A stretch of DNA of 49,490 bases from an uncultured Gammaproteobacteria bacterium (GTDB lineage: Bacteria > Pseudomonadota > Gammaproteobacteria > GCA-001735895), in assembly GCA_963934675.1 (NCBI GenBank), contig CAWVZP010000003.1:1-49490 (forward strand), given 5' to 3'. Below the pieces are notes generated by a model. The model saw only the letters and a program-made list of their open reading frames with translations, made no database searches and was not told the DNA's origin. Positions within the stretch are counted from its first letter, which is position 1, and every line of letters starts with the position of its first letter. Of this stretch, positions 22,622-31,434 are shown one piece after another. A program made the translations under genes and the position numbers.

Positions 22622-22623
22622 AG

Positions 22624-22651
22624 ACCACTCGAGCCAAGTTGCTTGAGTGGT
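22624..22651. terminator. Hairpin between convergent genes, probably a bidirectional terminator
   Basis: ACCACTCGAGC-caagtt-GCTTGAGTGGT, 11-bp stem with one wobble; T-tracts are weak. Confidence 0.55.
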
Positions 22652-22659
22652 TCTGATCA

Positions 22660-23295
22660 TTAAATGTGTGCTTTTAAGGCAGCCAACACGGGTCCGAAAT
22701 CAGACGTTTCAACACTCAGTAGCGAACCTTCTTTACGGTAATAGTCAACCAACGGTGCGGTTTGTTCCTCATAGACTTTAAGACGGTTGTCGATAGCTTG
22801 CTGAGTTTCGTCATCACGCTGAACAATATCTCCCCCACAAGCATCACAGGTACCGTCAACTATTGACGGTTTGAATTTGATGTTGAAGATTTCACCACAT
22901 TGAGTGCAGGTTCTCCGAGTGGCTAGGCGTTCCATAATAGTGTCTCTTGGAATGATCAGCTCTAAAACGCAATCAACCTTTTCGCCCATTTTTTTGAGCA
23001 ATACTTTTAAAGCATCTGCTTGCACAATTGTGCGTGGGAAACCATCCAGTAAATAACCTTGTTTGCAATCATCCTCAAGTAAACGTTGTTCCATGATGCC
23101 TATGATTACGTCATCAGTGACCAGGTTGCCAGAGGTCATCGCGGCTTCGACTTTTTTCCCAAGCTCGGTTCCTGCTACGACAGCACGGCGTAAGATATCG
23201 CCCGTCGAAATTTGAACTGAACCATCATACTTATTTAAGGCTTTTGCTATAGTGCCTTTGCCTGCCCCTGGTGGGCCTAGCAGTATTATGTTCAT
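22660..23295 (-). CDS. adk: Adenylate kinase with a four-Cys Zn-type LID
   Basis: LLGPPGAGKGT, ISTGDILR, LLDGFPRT, RDD; LID CTQC...CDAC. Confidence 0.95.
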   Translation of the reverse strand: MNIILLGPPGAGKGTIAKALNKYDGSVQISTGDILRRAVVAGTELGKKVEAAMTSGNLVTDDVIIGIMEQRLLEDDCKQGYLLDGFPRTIVQADALKVLLKKMGEKVDCVLELIIPRDTIMERLATRRTCTQCGEIFNIKFKPSIVDGTCDACGGDIVQRDDETQQAIDNRLKVYEEQTAPLVDYYRKEGSLLSVETSDFGPVLAALKAHI

Positions 23296-23731
23296 AAAGG
23301 TTCCTTAAATAACGTGGATAAAGAATATAGATAAATTATAGGGAGAGTATTGTCCGGTTTTCTAACTTAATGGCAAATTGAAAATGCTAATACTATGAAT
23401 TACTCTATTTTGAAGCGTAATTGAGTCTTGTGGTTGCTCTATCAATGGTGTGAACTCTATTTAATTATTAGTCGTTAGTTTACAAATTAAGCGTTAAACG
23501 ATTTAAGTGTCAGAAAACTGAATCATTTTTTTAGCCATTATGATTGAGGATTAGTGATGATCCCTCATACTTACTGCCTTTATCATGCCCGTTTCGTCAG
23601 ATCTGAATGGGTCAATACGATGAGAAAAGGGTTAAAGAGGTATTTTTTATATGCAGGCTATCGTTATAGCCTGTTGAATTCAGGCCAAATATATCGCACC
23701 TTAGTCCTATTCGGGCGTTACTTAGCCAGAG

Positions 23732-24148
23732 TCATTCACCACTAATGGTGATGAACAGCTGTCGAAGGTGAGGGTGTGTTCGATGCTCCCAGAGATATAT
23801 TCCTTGCCAGGTACCAAGAGCCAACTTGCCAGCTGTTATTGGAATAGTGATGTCAGTCTGCGTCAATACCGAACGTATATGGGCAGCCATATCATCTGGT
23901 CCTTCCTGGTCATGTAAATAGACGGGATCGCCGTCTAAAACAAGCGTGGTAATAAAATTTTCAAGGTCTCGTCTGACGTCGCTATCGGCATTTTCGGTTA
24001 CCATTAACGAAGCGCTAGTGTGTTGAACGAAAGTATGGCAAAGGCCGTCCTTAACACCTGATTGACGAATGAACTGGTTGATCTTAGTAGTGAGTTCTTC
24101 AGTCGAGCGCCCGCGGGTTTGAATGTTTAAGGGATATTGTTTGATCAA
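23732..24148 (-). CDS. yjbQ: YjbQ/UPF0047 family protein (secondary thiamine-phosphate synthase)
   Basis: HTSASL, ENAD, DDMAAHIRS, LGTWQGIYLWEHR. Confidence 0.92.
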   Translation of the reverse strand: MIKQYPLNIQTRGRSTEELTTKINQFIRQSGVKDGLCHTFVQHTSASLMVTENADSDVRRDLENFITTLVLDGDPVYLHDQEGPDDMAAHIRSVLTQTDITIPITAGKLALGTWQGIYLWEHRTHPHLRQLFITISGE

Positions 24149-24153
24149 GTAAT

Positions 24154-25797
24154 CTACACTGTTAGTTGAAGTTTCGGAGAAATGATCGACAGTTTGTTTG
24201 CCGATTTGTTAGCGTTGATTTCAGGTGTCAATATTGTTGGTGCAAGTTGGCCGTCATCCTTCTCAAGATAATCGAGGGTAAAGTGCAGGCCTCGACTTTC
24301 TTTACGTGCTAGAGCGGAGCGAATAATGAGCTCGGCGACGACGACTAGGTTACGTAATTCAAGTAAATCAGCTGATACCTTGTAGTTACCATAGTATTCG
24401 TTAATTTCTCGTTTTAACAATTGGGTTCGATTAAGAGCGCGTTCAAGCCGCTTGTTAGTGCGTACAATACCGACGTAATCCCACATAAACCGACGTAATT
24501 CATCCCAGTTATGCGCTACGACAATATCTTCATCCGAGTCGGTTACCTGAGATTCATCCCAATGGGGCAGTTGAGGTTGCTTGAAATTAGCCGACAAGTT
24601 TTCGCTAATGTGCGCAGCGGTTGAGCGAGCATATACCAAGCATTCAAGCAGTGAGTTACTGGCGAGACGATTTGCGCCATGCAGCCCAGTGTATGAGGCT
24701 TCACCGGCAGCATAAAGGTTCTTCACATTAGTTTGGCCATCTTGATCGATCATGATGCCGCCACAAGTGTAGTGTGCTGCCGGCACTATTGGAATGAGGT
24801 CTTTGGTGATATCAATATCAAATTCTTTACATCGTTGGTATATAGTTGGGAAGTGAGACTTAATAAAAGCACGGTTCTTGTGGCTGATATCAAGATAAAC
24901 ACAGTCAATGCCTAAACGTTTCATTTCATGATCGATTGCGCGTGCAACAATATCTCTGGGTGCCAACTCTGCACGATCGTCAAAGCGATGCATAAATCGT
25001 TCACCGTTTGGAAGTCTCAAAAGTCCACCTTCGCCACGAATGGCTTCAGTGATCAAAAACGACTTAGCTTCAGGGTGATAAAGGCAGGTAGGGTGAAACT
25101 GAATAAACTCCATATTGGCGACTTGACAGCCAGCGCGCCAAGCCATTGCGATGCCGTCACCCGTCGAGCCGTCGGGGTTGCTAGTATATAAGTAAACCTT
25201 GCTCGCGCCACCGGTTGCTAGGATGACCTTTTGCGCGGCAAAAACATTCACATGCTGATCATCAAGATTAAGTGCGTATAGTCCATTGCACTTGTTGTCA
25301 TCACAAATCAGATCGATAGCGACATGGTGGTTAAATATTTTGATGTTGGATTGTTCTAACACATGAGCTTGAAGTGTTTGTTGAAGCGCTTTGCCTGTTG
25401 TATCTGATGCATGAACAACGCGGCGTTTACTATGACCACCCTCTTGTGTCAGGTGATACCCGCTTGAGCTGGCTTCTTGATTTTCTCGAGTAAATGGTAA
25501 CCCTAAATCACTCAACCATTGTATACATTGTTCGCCAGCAGCAGTTGTAAACTCGACAGCAGCTTCATTACACAGTCCGGCACCTGCGACTAAAGTGTCT
25601 GAAGTATGTTCTGCTACGCTATCATCAGCGTCAAGCACTGCGGATATGCCACCCTGAGCCCAATAACTGGCGTAGTGTTCCAAACTATTCTTAGCTAAAA
25701 CGGCAACTGATGTCGTCTTTGGTAAATGTAACGCGGCGGAAAGTCCGGCAGCGCCTGACCCAACGATGACAACATCGAACTTGAACTGCTTACTCAT
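24154..25797 (-). CDS. nadB: L-aspartate oxidase
   Basis: GSGAAG FAD motif, SYWAQGGI, QFHPT, HYTCGG, LHGANRLASNSLLE; divergent from rpoE. Confidence 0.98.
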   Translation of the reverse strand: MSKQFKFDVVIVGSGAAGLSAALHLPKTTSVAVLAKNSLEHYASYWAQGGISAVLDADDSVAEHTSDTLVAGAGLCNEAAVEFTTAAGEQCIQWLSDLGLPFTRENQEASSSGYHLTQEGGHSKRRVVHASDTTGKALQQTLQAHVLEQSNIKIFNHHVAIDLICDDNKCNGLYALNLDDQHVNVFAAQKVILATGGASKVYLYTSNPDGSTGDGIAMAWRAGCQVANMEFIQFHPTCLYHPEAKSFLITEAIRGEGGLLRLPNGERFMHRFDDRAELAPRDIVARAIDHEMKRLGIDCVYLDISHKNRAFIKSHFPTIYQRCKEFDIDITKDLIPIVPAAHYTCGGIMIDQDGQTNVKNLYAAGEASYTGLHGANRLASNSLLECLVYARSTAAHISENLSANFKQPQLPHWDESQVTDSDEDIVVAHNWDELRRFMWDYVGIVRTNKRLERALNRTQLLKREINEYYGNYKVSADLLELRNLVVVAELIIRSALARKESRGLHFTLDYLEKDDGQLAPTILTPEINANKSANKLSIISPKLQLTV

Positions 25798-26178
25798 TAC
25801 ATTACCTATGGTTCTGGTTGGATTGAGATGGCATATGGCTAAATCGTAAACTTCTCACATACAACGGTTTAAGTTTCTCTTGTGATGGATATACATAAGA
25901 CCATAAAATTAAAAAGCAAGATCAACCTGAAATGAGCCATTATATAAAGACGAATAGTCCTTTTTTGAGTTAATACTATGCTCATTTTCAATCTTTTTAC
26001 TGTTTTCGACCCTATTATAGAGTGTCAGTCTCAAATGCTAGAAATAGACAAAAAGACTCTGTTACGGATTAGTAAAAAACACTACACTATGGGTATTAAA
26101 GTTTACAATTCAATCCAGTCAAGAATTGGCTCGTCGAAATTTTCTGCTAATATTAGCCAATAAATGAAAGGATTATCA

Positions 26179-26754
26179 ATGGGTACAAATCTGCTCGATG
26201 CAGAACTAGTCAAGCGTACGCAAGAAGGTGATTCGAAAGCCTTTGATATTTTAGTGCAAAAATACCAGCATAAAGTCATTAATTTGGTTGGAAGATTTGT
26301 GAATGATCATTCTGAATGCCAAGATATCGCACAAGATACTTTTGTTAAGGCTTATCGCGCAATTGGTAACTTTCGTGGAGACAGCCAGTTTTATACTTGG
26401 CTTTATCGTATCGCTGCCAATACAGCCAAAAACTATTTAGCATCAAGATCACGAAAATCGCCGTCTTATACCGTTGAAGTGGAAGATGCTGAGCATTTTG
26501 AAGGTGATTCAGGCTTAAAAGAATACACCACACCTGAAAATTTAATGCTAACGGAAGAGATTAAGCAAACTGTTTTTAAAGCTATTGAAGCATTGCCTGA
26601 AGACTTGAAATCAGCCATTACCTTGAGGGAAATCGAAGGTTTAAGTTATGAAGAAATTGCGGCTGTAATGGATTGTCCAATTGGTACGGTTAGGTCTAGA
26701 ATATTTCGCGCACGAGATGCAATTGATAAGGAACTAAGGCCGCTATTAGAGTGA
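26179..26754 (+). CDS. rpoE: ECF sigma factor RpoE (sigma24/AlgU)
   Basis: FRGDSQFYTWLYRIA, LSYEEIA, CPIGTVRSRIFRAR; ATG 26179 follows AAAGGA (alternative start 26164). Confidence 0.97.
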   Translation: MGTNLLDAELVKRTQEGDSKAFDILVQKYQHKVINLVGRFVNDHSECQDIAQDTFVKAYRAIGNFRGDSQFYTWLYRIAANTAKNYLASRSRKSPSYTVEVEDAEHFEGDSGLKEYTTPENLMLTEEIKQTVFKAIEALPEDLKSAITLREIEGLSYEEIAAVMDCPIGTVRSRIFRARDAIDKELRPLLE

Positions 26755-26798
26755 CTAAGTAGCCAATTAAAATAGAAACAATTTGTAAAGAGAATTTT

Positions 26799-27455
26799 AT
26801 GAATAATGAGAAACAAAAACTGTCTAATTTGCTTGATGAGTATTCATCCGAAGATACCGACCAACAGTCATTAGATGATTTATTAGGCGATGTTAATCAA
26901 CAATATTGTATAAAGCGTTATCAGATGATTGGCCAAGTGATGCGTCACGAGCTGGCTGATCAAATCGATACTGAATTTAGCGAAAATGTAATGAGAAAAA
27001 TTCGTGTTATCAAAACAGATGGTAAGACGATGGTTAGCCAGCAGGCTGTTAATCAAAATAAAGTAAAGACAATTTGGCACTGGGGGTTCCTAAAACCTAT
27101 TGCTGGTATGGCAGTAGCGGCGTCTGTTGCGATTGTTTCGATTACACTTTGGCAGTCGGTGTCGGTCACAACAGGTTCTTCAGTCTCGGGTGAATCAATT
27201 GTTAGTGCCGAACAGAAAAAAATCGATTTGCTTGTGAAGCAACCGATTCAAGCGGCTGTTCCAGCATCAGCCATGCTCGGCAATGCTAGTACAAATTCTA
27301 ATAGTAATAGCGGTATGCATTGGAAAGTAATTAGTGACGCGCCCGCATTAGAGCGAAAGTTAAATGCTTATCTAATTAACCACACAGAATATTCTAAATC
27401 CATACAAGGATTTATTCCCCAGGCGCGAGTTGCCGGATATGGTTCTGAAAAGTAG
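26799..27455 (+). CDS. rseA: Anti-sigma-E factor RseA/MucA
   Basis: LSNLLD and RYQMIGQVMR N-domain, TM AVAASVA, LNAYLINH; follows rpoE. Confidence 0.88.
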   Translation: MNNEKQKLSNLLDEYSSEDTDQQSLDDLLGDVNQQYCIKRYQMIGQVMRHELADQIDTEFSENVMRKIRVIKTDGKTMVSQQAVNQNKVKTIWHWGFLKPIAGMAVAASVAIVSITLWQSVSVTTGSSVSGESIVSAEQKKIDLLVKQPIQAAVPASAMLGNASTNSNSNSGMHWKVISDAPALERKLNAYLINHTEYSKSIQGFIPQARVAGYGSEK

Positions 27456-27507
27456 TTTAGATATATCAATATATGTTTGGTCGCACATTGAGTTAAATGG
27501 CAATTAA

Positions 27508-28482
27508 TTGAAAATTAAATATACCTCTCTAATCCCTTTCTTGATTTTGTTGGTTGTAACCTCAACGGCAAACGCAATGCCTGCCATGGACTGGGTTCAG
27601 AAAATGTCTGAGTCGATGCGAAATTTAAGCTATCAAGGAAACTTTGTATATATGCACGAGAACCAACTCGAAAGCATGTCGATTCTTCATCTCAAAGATG
27701 AATATGGTGAAAAAGAGCGATTACTCTCTTTAAACGGTGAGGCCCGTGAAGTTATTCGCGACAATAAAAATCTCACCTGTATTTGGCCATCAAGCCGAAC
27801 TGTGGTCATCGATTACTCCAAACAGAACCGCTTTTCACCTTTATTCATCCCCGATGATATCGCTAATATTATTTTGTTTTACGATCTATTATTGGCAGGT
27901 AAGGACAGGGTCGCTGGACATAATGCTATTGTGATTCATATCTCTCCAAAAGATCAGCTCAGGTATGGTATTAAATTGTGGATAGCTGAAGAGAGCGGGT
28001 TATTAGTTAAATCAAGTTTGATTAACGAGCTTGGTGAGCCAGTAGAGCAGGTTATGTTTACCAATCTTGAAATACTGCCAGTTAATCATGAGTTAACACT
28101 CGATATTATGCCAGAACTTGATGAAAGCTTTACTATGATTCGTTATCACCAAGGCGAACCCTCCGAAGAGTCTTCGTCTGATATAACTTGGCATTTAAAA
28201 GAAATGCCAGGGGGGTTCCGACAAGAATCAATGTTAAAACGAAAAGTATCAGAAACCGGTTTATATGCACATCAAATGGTATTCACTGATGGGTTAGCTT
28301 CGCTTTCGGTATTTATTGAAAAGCAATCAATGCAGAAACATTGGGGTAATACCTCCATGGGTGCGGTCAATGCTTTTATACGTATTGTTGATGGTTATTC
28401 AATAACAGCCATTGGAGAAGTACCTGCGGTTACCGTTCAAACAGTGGCGGAATCAGTTTTTTATCAAGAGCCTGATAAATAG
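27508..28482 (+). CDS. rseB: Sigma-E regulatory protein RseB/MucB
   Basis: Signal peptide, LSYQGNFVY, RVAG, DQLRYG, FTDGLASLSVFIE, GEVP. Confidence 0.93.
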   Translation: MKIKYTSLIPFLILLVVTSTANAMPAMDWVQKMSESMRNLSYQGNFVYMHENQLESMSILHLKDEYGEKERLLSLNGEAREVIRDNKNLTCIWPSSRTVVIDYSKQNRFSPLFIPDDIANIILFYDLLLAGKDRVAGHNAIVIHISPKDQLRYGIKLWIAEESGLLVKSSLINELGEPVEQVMFTNLEILPVNHELTLDIMPELDESFTMIRYHQGEPSEESSSDITWHLKEMPGGFRQESMLKRKVSETGLYAHQMVFTDGLASLSVFIEKQSMQKHWGNTSMGAVNAFIRIVDGYSITAIGEVPAVTVQTVAESVFYQEPDK

Positions 28483-28512
28483 TATTTATGCTGTTTCGAT
28501 TTAATTATTTTA

Positions 28513-28874
28513 GGACATCTCTAAAAAATTATGCTTTCTGCAGTTACTGTTTCACAAGCTTTCGCTTCTGCAGAATCAGGCTGTTACGCATTTTATACAC
28601 AGATTCTTTACTCGAACGTACCCTTAAATACATGACGGCTCTTGGGAGCTTTTTCTTTGCTACTCCACCTTTGGAGCGCCGAACCGCTGCATCCTTACAG
28701 TCAATTACGTGGTGGCTATTTGGGCTTTGTGGCTTTGCTCTGCGTGCCAGCTGTCGACTGTTGTCTCCACCGCGCTCCGGCTTCTTGAATTTATTGCCAA
28801 GTATGTTGGGTTCCTGCTTTTGGTCCAGGAGCAAAAAAATAGACACTAAAACAACATTCTTGTTAGAACCTCTA
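28513..28874. mobile_element. MITE-like repeat, copy A (between rseB and rseC)
   Basis: Left end GGACATCTCTAAAAA; both ends align with the reverse complement of 40679-41021 (gcaaaaaaatagac-actaaaacaacattcttgttaga vs gcaaaaaaacagaccacgaaaaaatcactatttttaga). Confidence 0.65.
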
Positions 28875-28892
28875 CTAGGATGAGATTTATAA

Positions 28893-29336
28893 ATGATTAA
28901 AGAACAAGCCACAGTCATTGGTCTCTTTGGTAATATTGCCGAAGTGCAAACGAAACGCCAAATTGCTTGTAGCCAATGTGAGGCTGGCCGTGGCTGCGGA
29001 ATTGGGGCAATAGGTCGCTTGCTTGGAAAGCGCAGTAAACCGGTTAAGATTAAAGTCGACCAAGATTTAAAGCTAGGTGACCAAATAGAAATAGGTCTAT
29101 CAGACAAGGCTTTCTTAAGGGCAGGTTTACTGATTTATGGCACGCCACTACTAGGTTTGTTCCTAGGTCTGATGTTGGCTGAGCTTATTAGTCCAAGCTC
29201 TGATTTGATCGCTTTTACGTTTTCCTTTATCGGATTGGTTCTGGGGCTAACTACCTCTGCTAGTGTTGCCAAAACCAATTTTGCTAATCAACTCAATCCT
29301 AAAATTTTAGCCGTTATGAATGAACTTGATGATTAA
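28893..29336 (+). CDS. rseC: RseC/MucC family protein
   Basis: MIKEQATV, CSQCEAGRGCG, LIYGTPL, two C-terminal TM helices. Confidence 0.92.
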   Translation: MIKEQATVIGLFGNIAEVQTKRQIACSQCEAGRGCGIGAIGRLLGKRSKPVKIKVDQDLKLGDQIEIGLSDKAFLRAGLLIYGTPLLGLFLGLMLAELISPSSDLIAFTFSFIGLVLGLTTSASVAKTNFANQLNPKILAVMNELDD

Positions 29337-29348
29337 ATCTTAGTCCAG
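29322..29348 (+). promoter_or_regulatory. Putative sigma-E promoter for mucD/degP
   Basis: GAACTT-16 bp-TCCAG overlapping the rseC stop. Confidence 0.55.
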
Positions 29349-29404
29349 AAAGCAAATGTTTAATAATGACTGTTTAACTAATCACGATTATGGGAATTCC
29401 TACC

Positions 29405-30826
29405 ATGAAACTAAATAATATGTACCCCCTTGTTATGGCTTTTGCTTTGTCTTTAGCGCTGTCATTTTCCGTTCAGGCTGCGTTACCAGAATTTACCAAA
29501 ATTGTCGAAAATTCGAAAAATTCGGTAGTCAACATTAGTACCACCACGAAGGCACCAGAGGTAAGCCCAAGCCAGGCCGTACCTATGCCGAATTTTCCGG
29601 AAGGCTCGCCGCTGGGTGAGCTATTTGAAAAGTTTTTCAATCCGGGTGAAGGCAGCGCACAGAGGCGTGACGCACAGTCTTTAGGCTCTGGTTTTATCAT
29701 CTCTGATGATGGTTTCATTCTGACTAATCATCATGTTGTTGCCGGTGCTGATGAAGTTATTGTTCGACTCGCTAACCGAGATGAATATGTTGCGAGAATT
29801 GTTGGTTCTGATGAAGCATCAGATATAGCAGTATTAAAAGTAGAAGCGACCAACCTCGAAGTTTTAAAGTTAGGTAGTTCAGATGATTTAAAAGTAGGTG
29901 AATGGGTACTTGCGATTGGCTCACCTTTTGGATTTGACCATAGTGTAACCGCCGGTATTGTTAGCGCTAAAGGACGCAGCTTACCTAGCGATAACTATGT
30001 ACCGTTTATCCAGACTGATGTTGCCATTAATCCTGGTAACTCTGGTGGTCCATTGTTTAATTTGGATGGAGAAGTCATTGGCATCAACTCTCAAATCTAC
30101 AGTCGCACAGGCGGTTTTATGGGCTTATCTTTCGCGATTCCAATTGAGCTAGCACTTAACGTAGCCAATCAAATCAAAGACACCGGACAGGTTTCACGCG
30201 GTTGGTTGGGTGTATTAATTCAAGAAGTCACTAGAGAGCTAGCCGAGTCTTTTGGAATGAGCAATCCTCACGGTGCTCTGGTAGCAAAAGTTCTGGATTC
30301 TAGTCCTGCTGCAAAAGCTGGCTTACGAGTGGGTGATGTCATCATTCGCTTCAATGATGAAAAAGTAATTCGTTCGAGCAATCTACCCCCATTGGTTGGG
30401 CGGTCAATTGTTGGGGAAAATTCACAAGTGACTATCATTCGAAATAAAAAAGAAAAGCAAATTAAGGTGATGATTGCTGAACTACCGTCTTCAACTACTC
30501 AGGCTACCTATTCTCCCAAGGCCGAAGACAAGCAGTATGAAAACGTCGCCCTAGGCATGGGCGTTAAAGCCTTGTCAAAAGTGTTACAAAAGCAACTTGA
30601 TATTTCTGCTGGCGTTCAAGTCATCGATATTAACCAAACGGGTGCTGCTCAGGATGCGGGTATTCAAACGGGTGATGTCATCACCATGATTGACAATCAA
30701 GCTGTCGCTTCACTGGAAGACTTTAATAAAATCACAAGTGGGTTGAAATTTGGGAAATCGGTAGCATTACTGGTTCAACGTGCTTCGGGTCCCGTGTTTT
30801 TGGCAATTAGACCAGAAGACTCCTAA
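29405..30826 (+). CDS. mucD: Periplasmic serine endoprotease, DegP/DegQ/MucD family
   Basis: GSGFII, TNHHVV, IQTDVAINPGNSGGPL, two PDZ domains; mucD position after rseC; start 29390 or 29405. Confidence 0.92.
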   Translation: MKLNNMYPLVMAFALSLALSFSVQAALPEFTKIVENSKNSVVNISTTTKAPEVSPSQAVPMPNFPEGSPLGELFEKFFNPGEGSAQRRDAQSLGSGFIISDDGFILTNHHVVAGADEVIVRLANRDEYVARIVGSDEASDIAVLKVEATNLEVLKLGSSDDLKVGEWVLAIGSPFGFDHSVTAGIVSAKGRSLPSDNYVPFIQTDVAINPGNSGGPLFNLDGEVIGINSQIYSRTGGFMGLSFAIPIELALNVANQIKDTGQVSRGWLGVLIQEVTRELAESFGMSNPHGALVAKVLDSSPAAKAGLRVGDVIIRFNDEKVIRSSNLPPLVGRSIVGENSQVTIIRNKKEKQIKVMIAELPSSTTQATYSPKAEDKQYENVALGMGVKALSKVLQKQLDISAGVQVIDINQTGAAQDAGIQTGDVITMIDNQAVASLEDFNKITSGLKFGKSVALLVQRASGPVFLAIRPEDS

Positions 30827-31074
30827 TTCTACTTCAATTTTTTTATCGTGAAAACTGTCACCTTTGCGATGCTATGCGTAAAGCACTGGTGATATTTAAC
30901 CGCGATAATCAGCCATTAACTTGGCTCGAAACTGATATTGATCGTGATAAAAATTTAATAGAACTTTACGACAGTAAGGTCCCCGTTTTATGCTTAGCTG
31001 AGCCAGGCTTAGCTAAGCAAGAGCTTTGTTATTATTTCTTCGATGAGGTCGCTGTGCTAAAGGCGATCAATTAG
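30826..31074 (+). CDS. Glutaredoxin-like protein (DUF836 type)
   Basis: FYRENCHLCDAM...DID...VPVL; the CxxC lies upstream of ATG 30874, so the start is inferred at ATT 30826. Confidence 0.8.
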   Translation: MLLQFFYRENCHLCDAMRKALVIFNRDNQPLTWLETDIDRDKNLIELYDSKVPVLCLAEPGLAKQELCYYFFDEVAVLKAIN

Positions 31075-31373
31075 AGTATTTCTGGCTTAGGTGATTTTAA
31101 CGAGGGCAAAGACCTCCTCAATTTAGCTCTAGTACACCATGGTTTCATGCATTGCTCTAGCGATTGTATTCAAACAAGTATTAACTCGGTGTTACTTAAC
31201 GCTCAAGAAAAACAACTTTGTTAAAGAATTCCTGAAACCTCAATTATAAATCACACTCTTGAACCGAGTTTTCAAAAGTGAATCAGCGTATTTGTCTTCA
31301 TCTGCTGCTGTTTTCACCTTAATAGCTGTTGATTTTGGCTAGTTTGGCGTAGACTTTGCGCTTTTTTAGAGGC
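31075..31373. mobile_element. Degenerate MITE-like repeat, copy B (before lepA)
   Basis: Right end TTTTTTAGAGGC; internal GCATTGCTCTA, ACCGAGT and TTGATTTTG blocks collinear with 40679-41021; TTAG on both flanks (31071-31074, 31374-31377). Confidence 0.45.
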
Positions 31374-31434
31374 TTAGATTTTCATCTTGAAATATGCAGC
31401 CTTAATCATTTAACTTTATGGGAATAATTCATCA

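Noticed and set aside
23554-23745. 63-aa + strand ORF
   Set aside because: No motifs, overlaps the yjbQ end convergently and spans a hairpin; unsupported
26008-26035. Possible autoregulatory sigma-E promoter GACCCT-N17-TCAAA upstream of rpoE
   Set aside because: The -35 match is too poor to call
28544-29107. 187-aa minus-strand ORF
   Set aside because: Antisense to rseC and the repeat, with no recognisable motifs; most likely a shadow ORF
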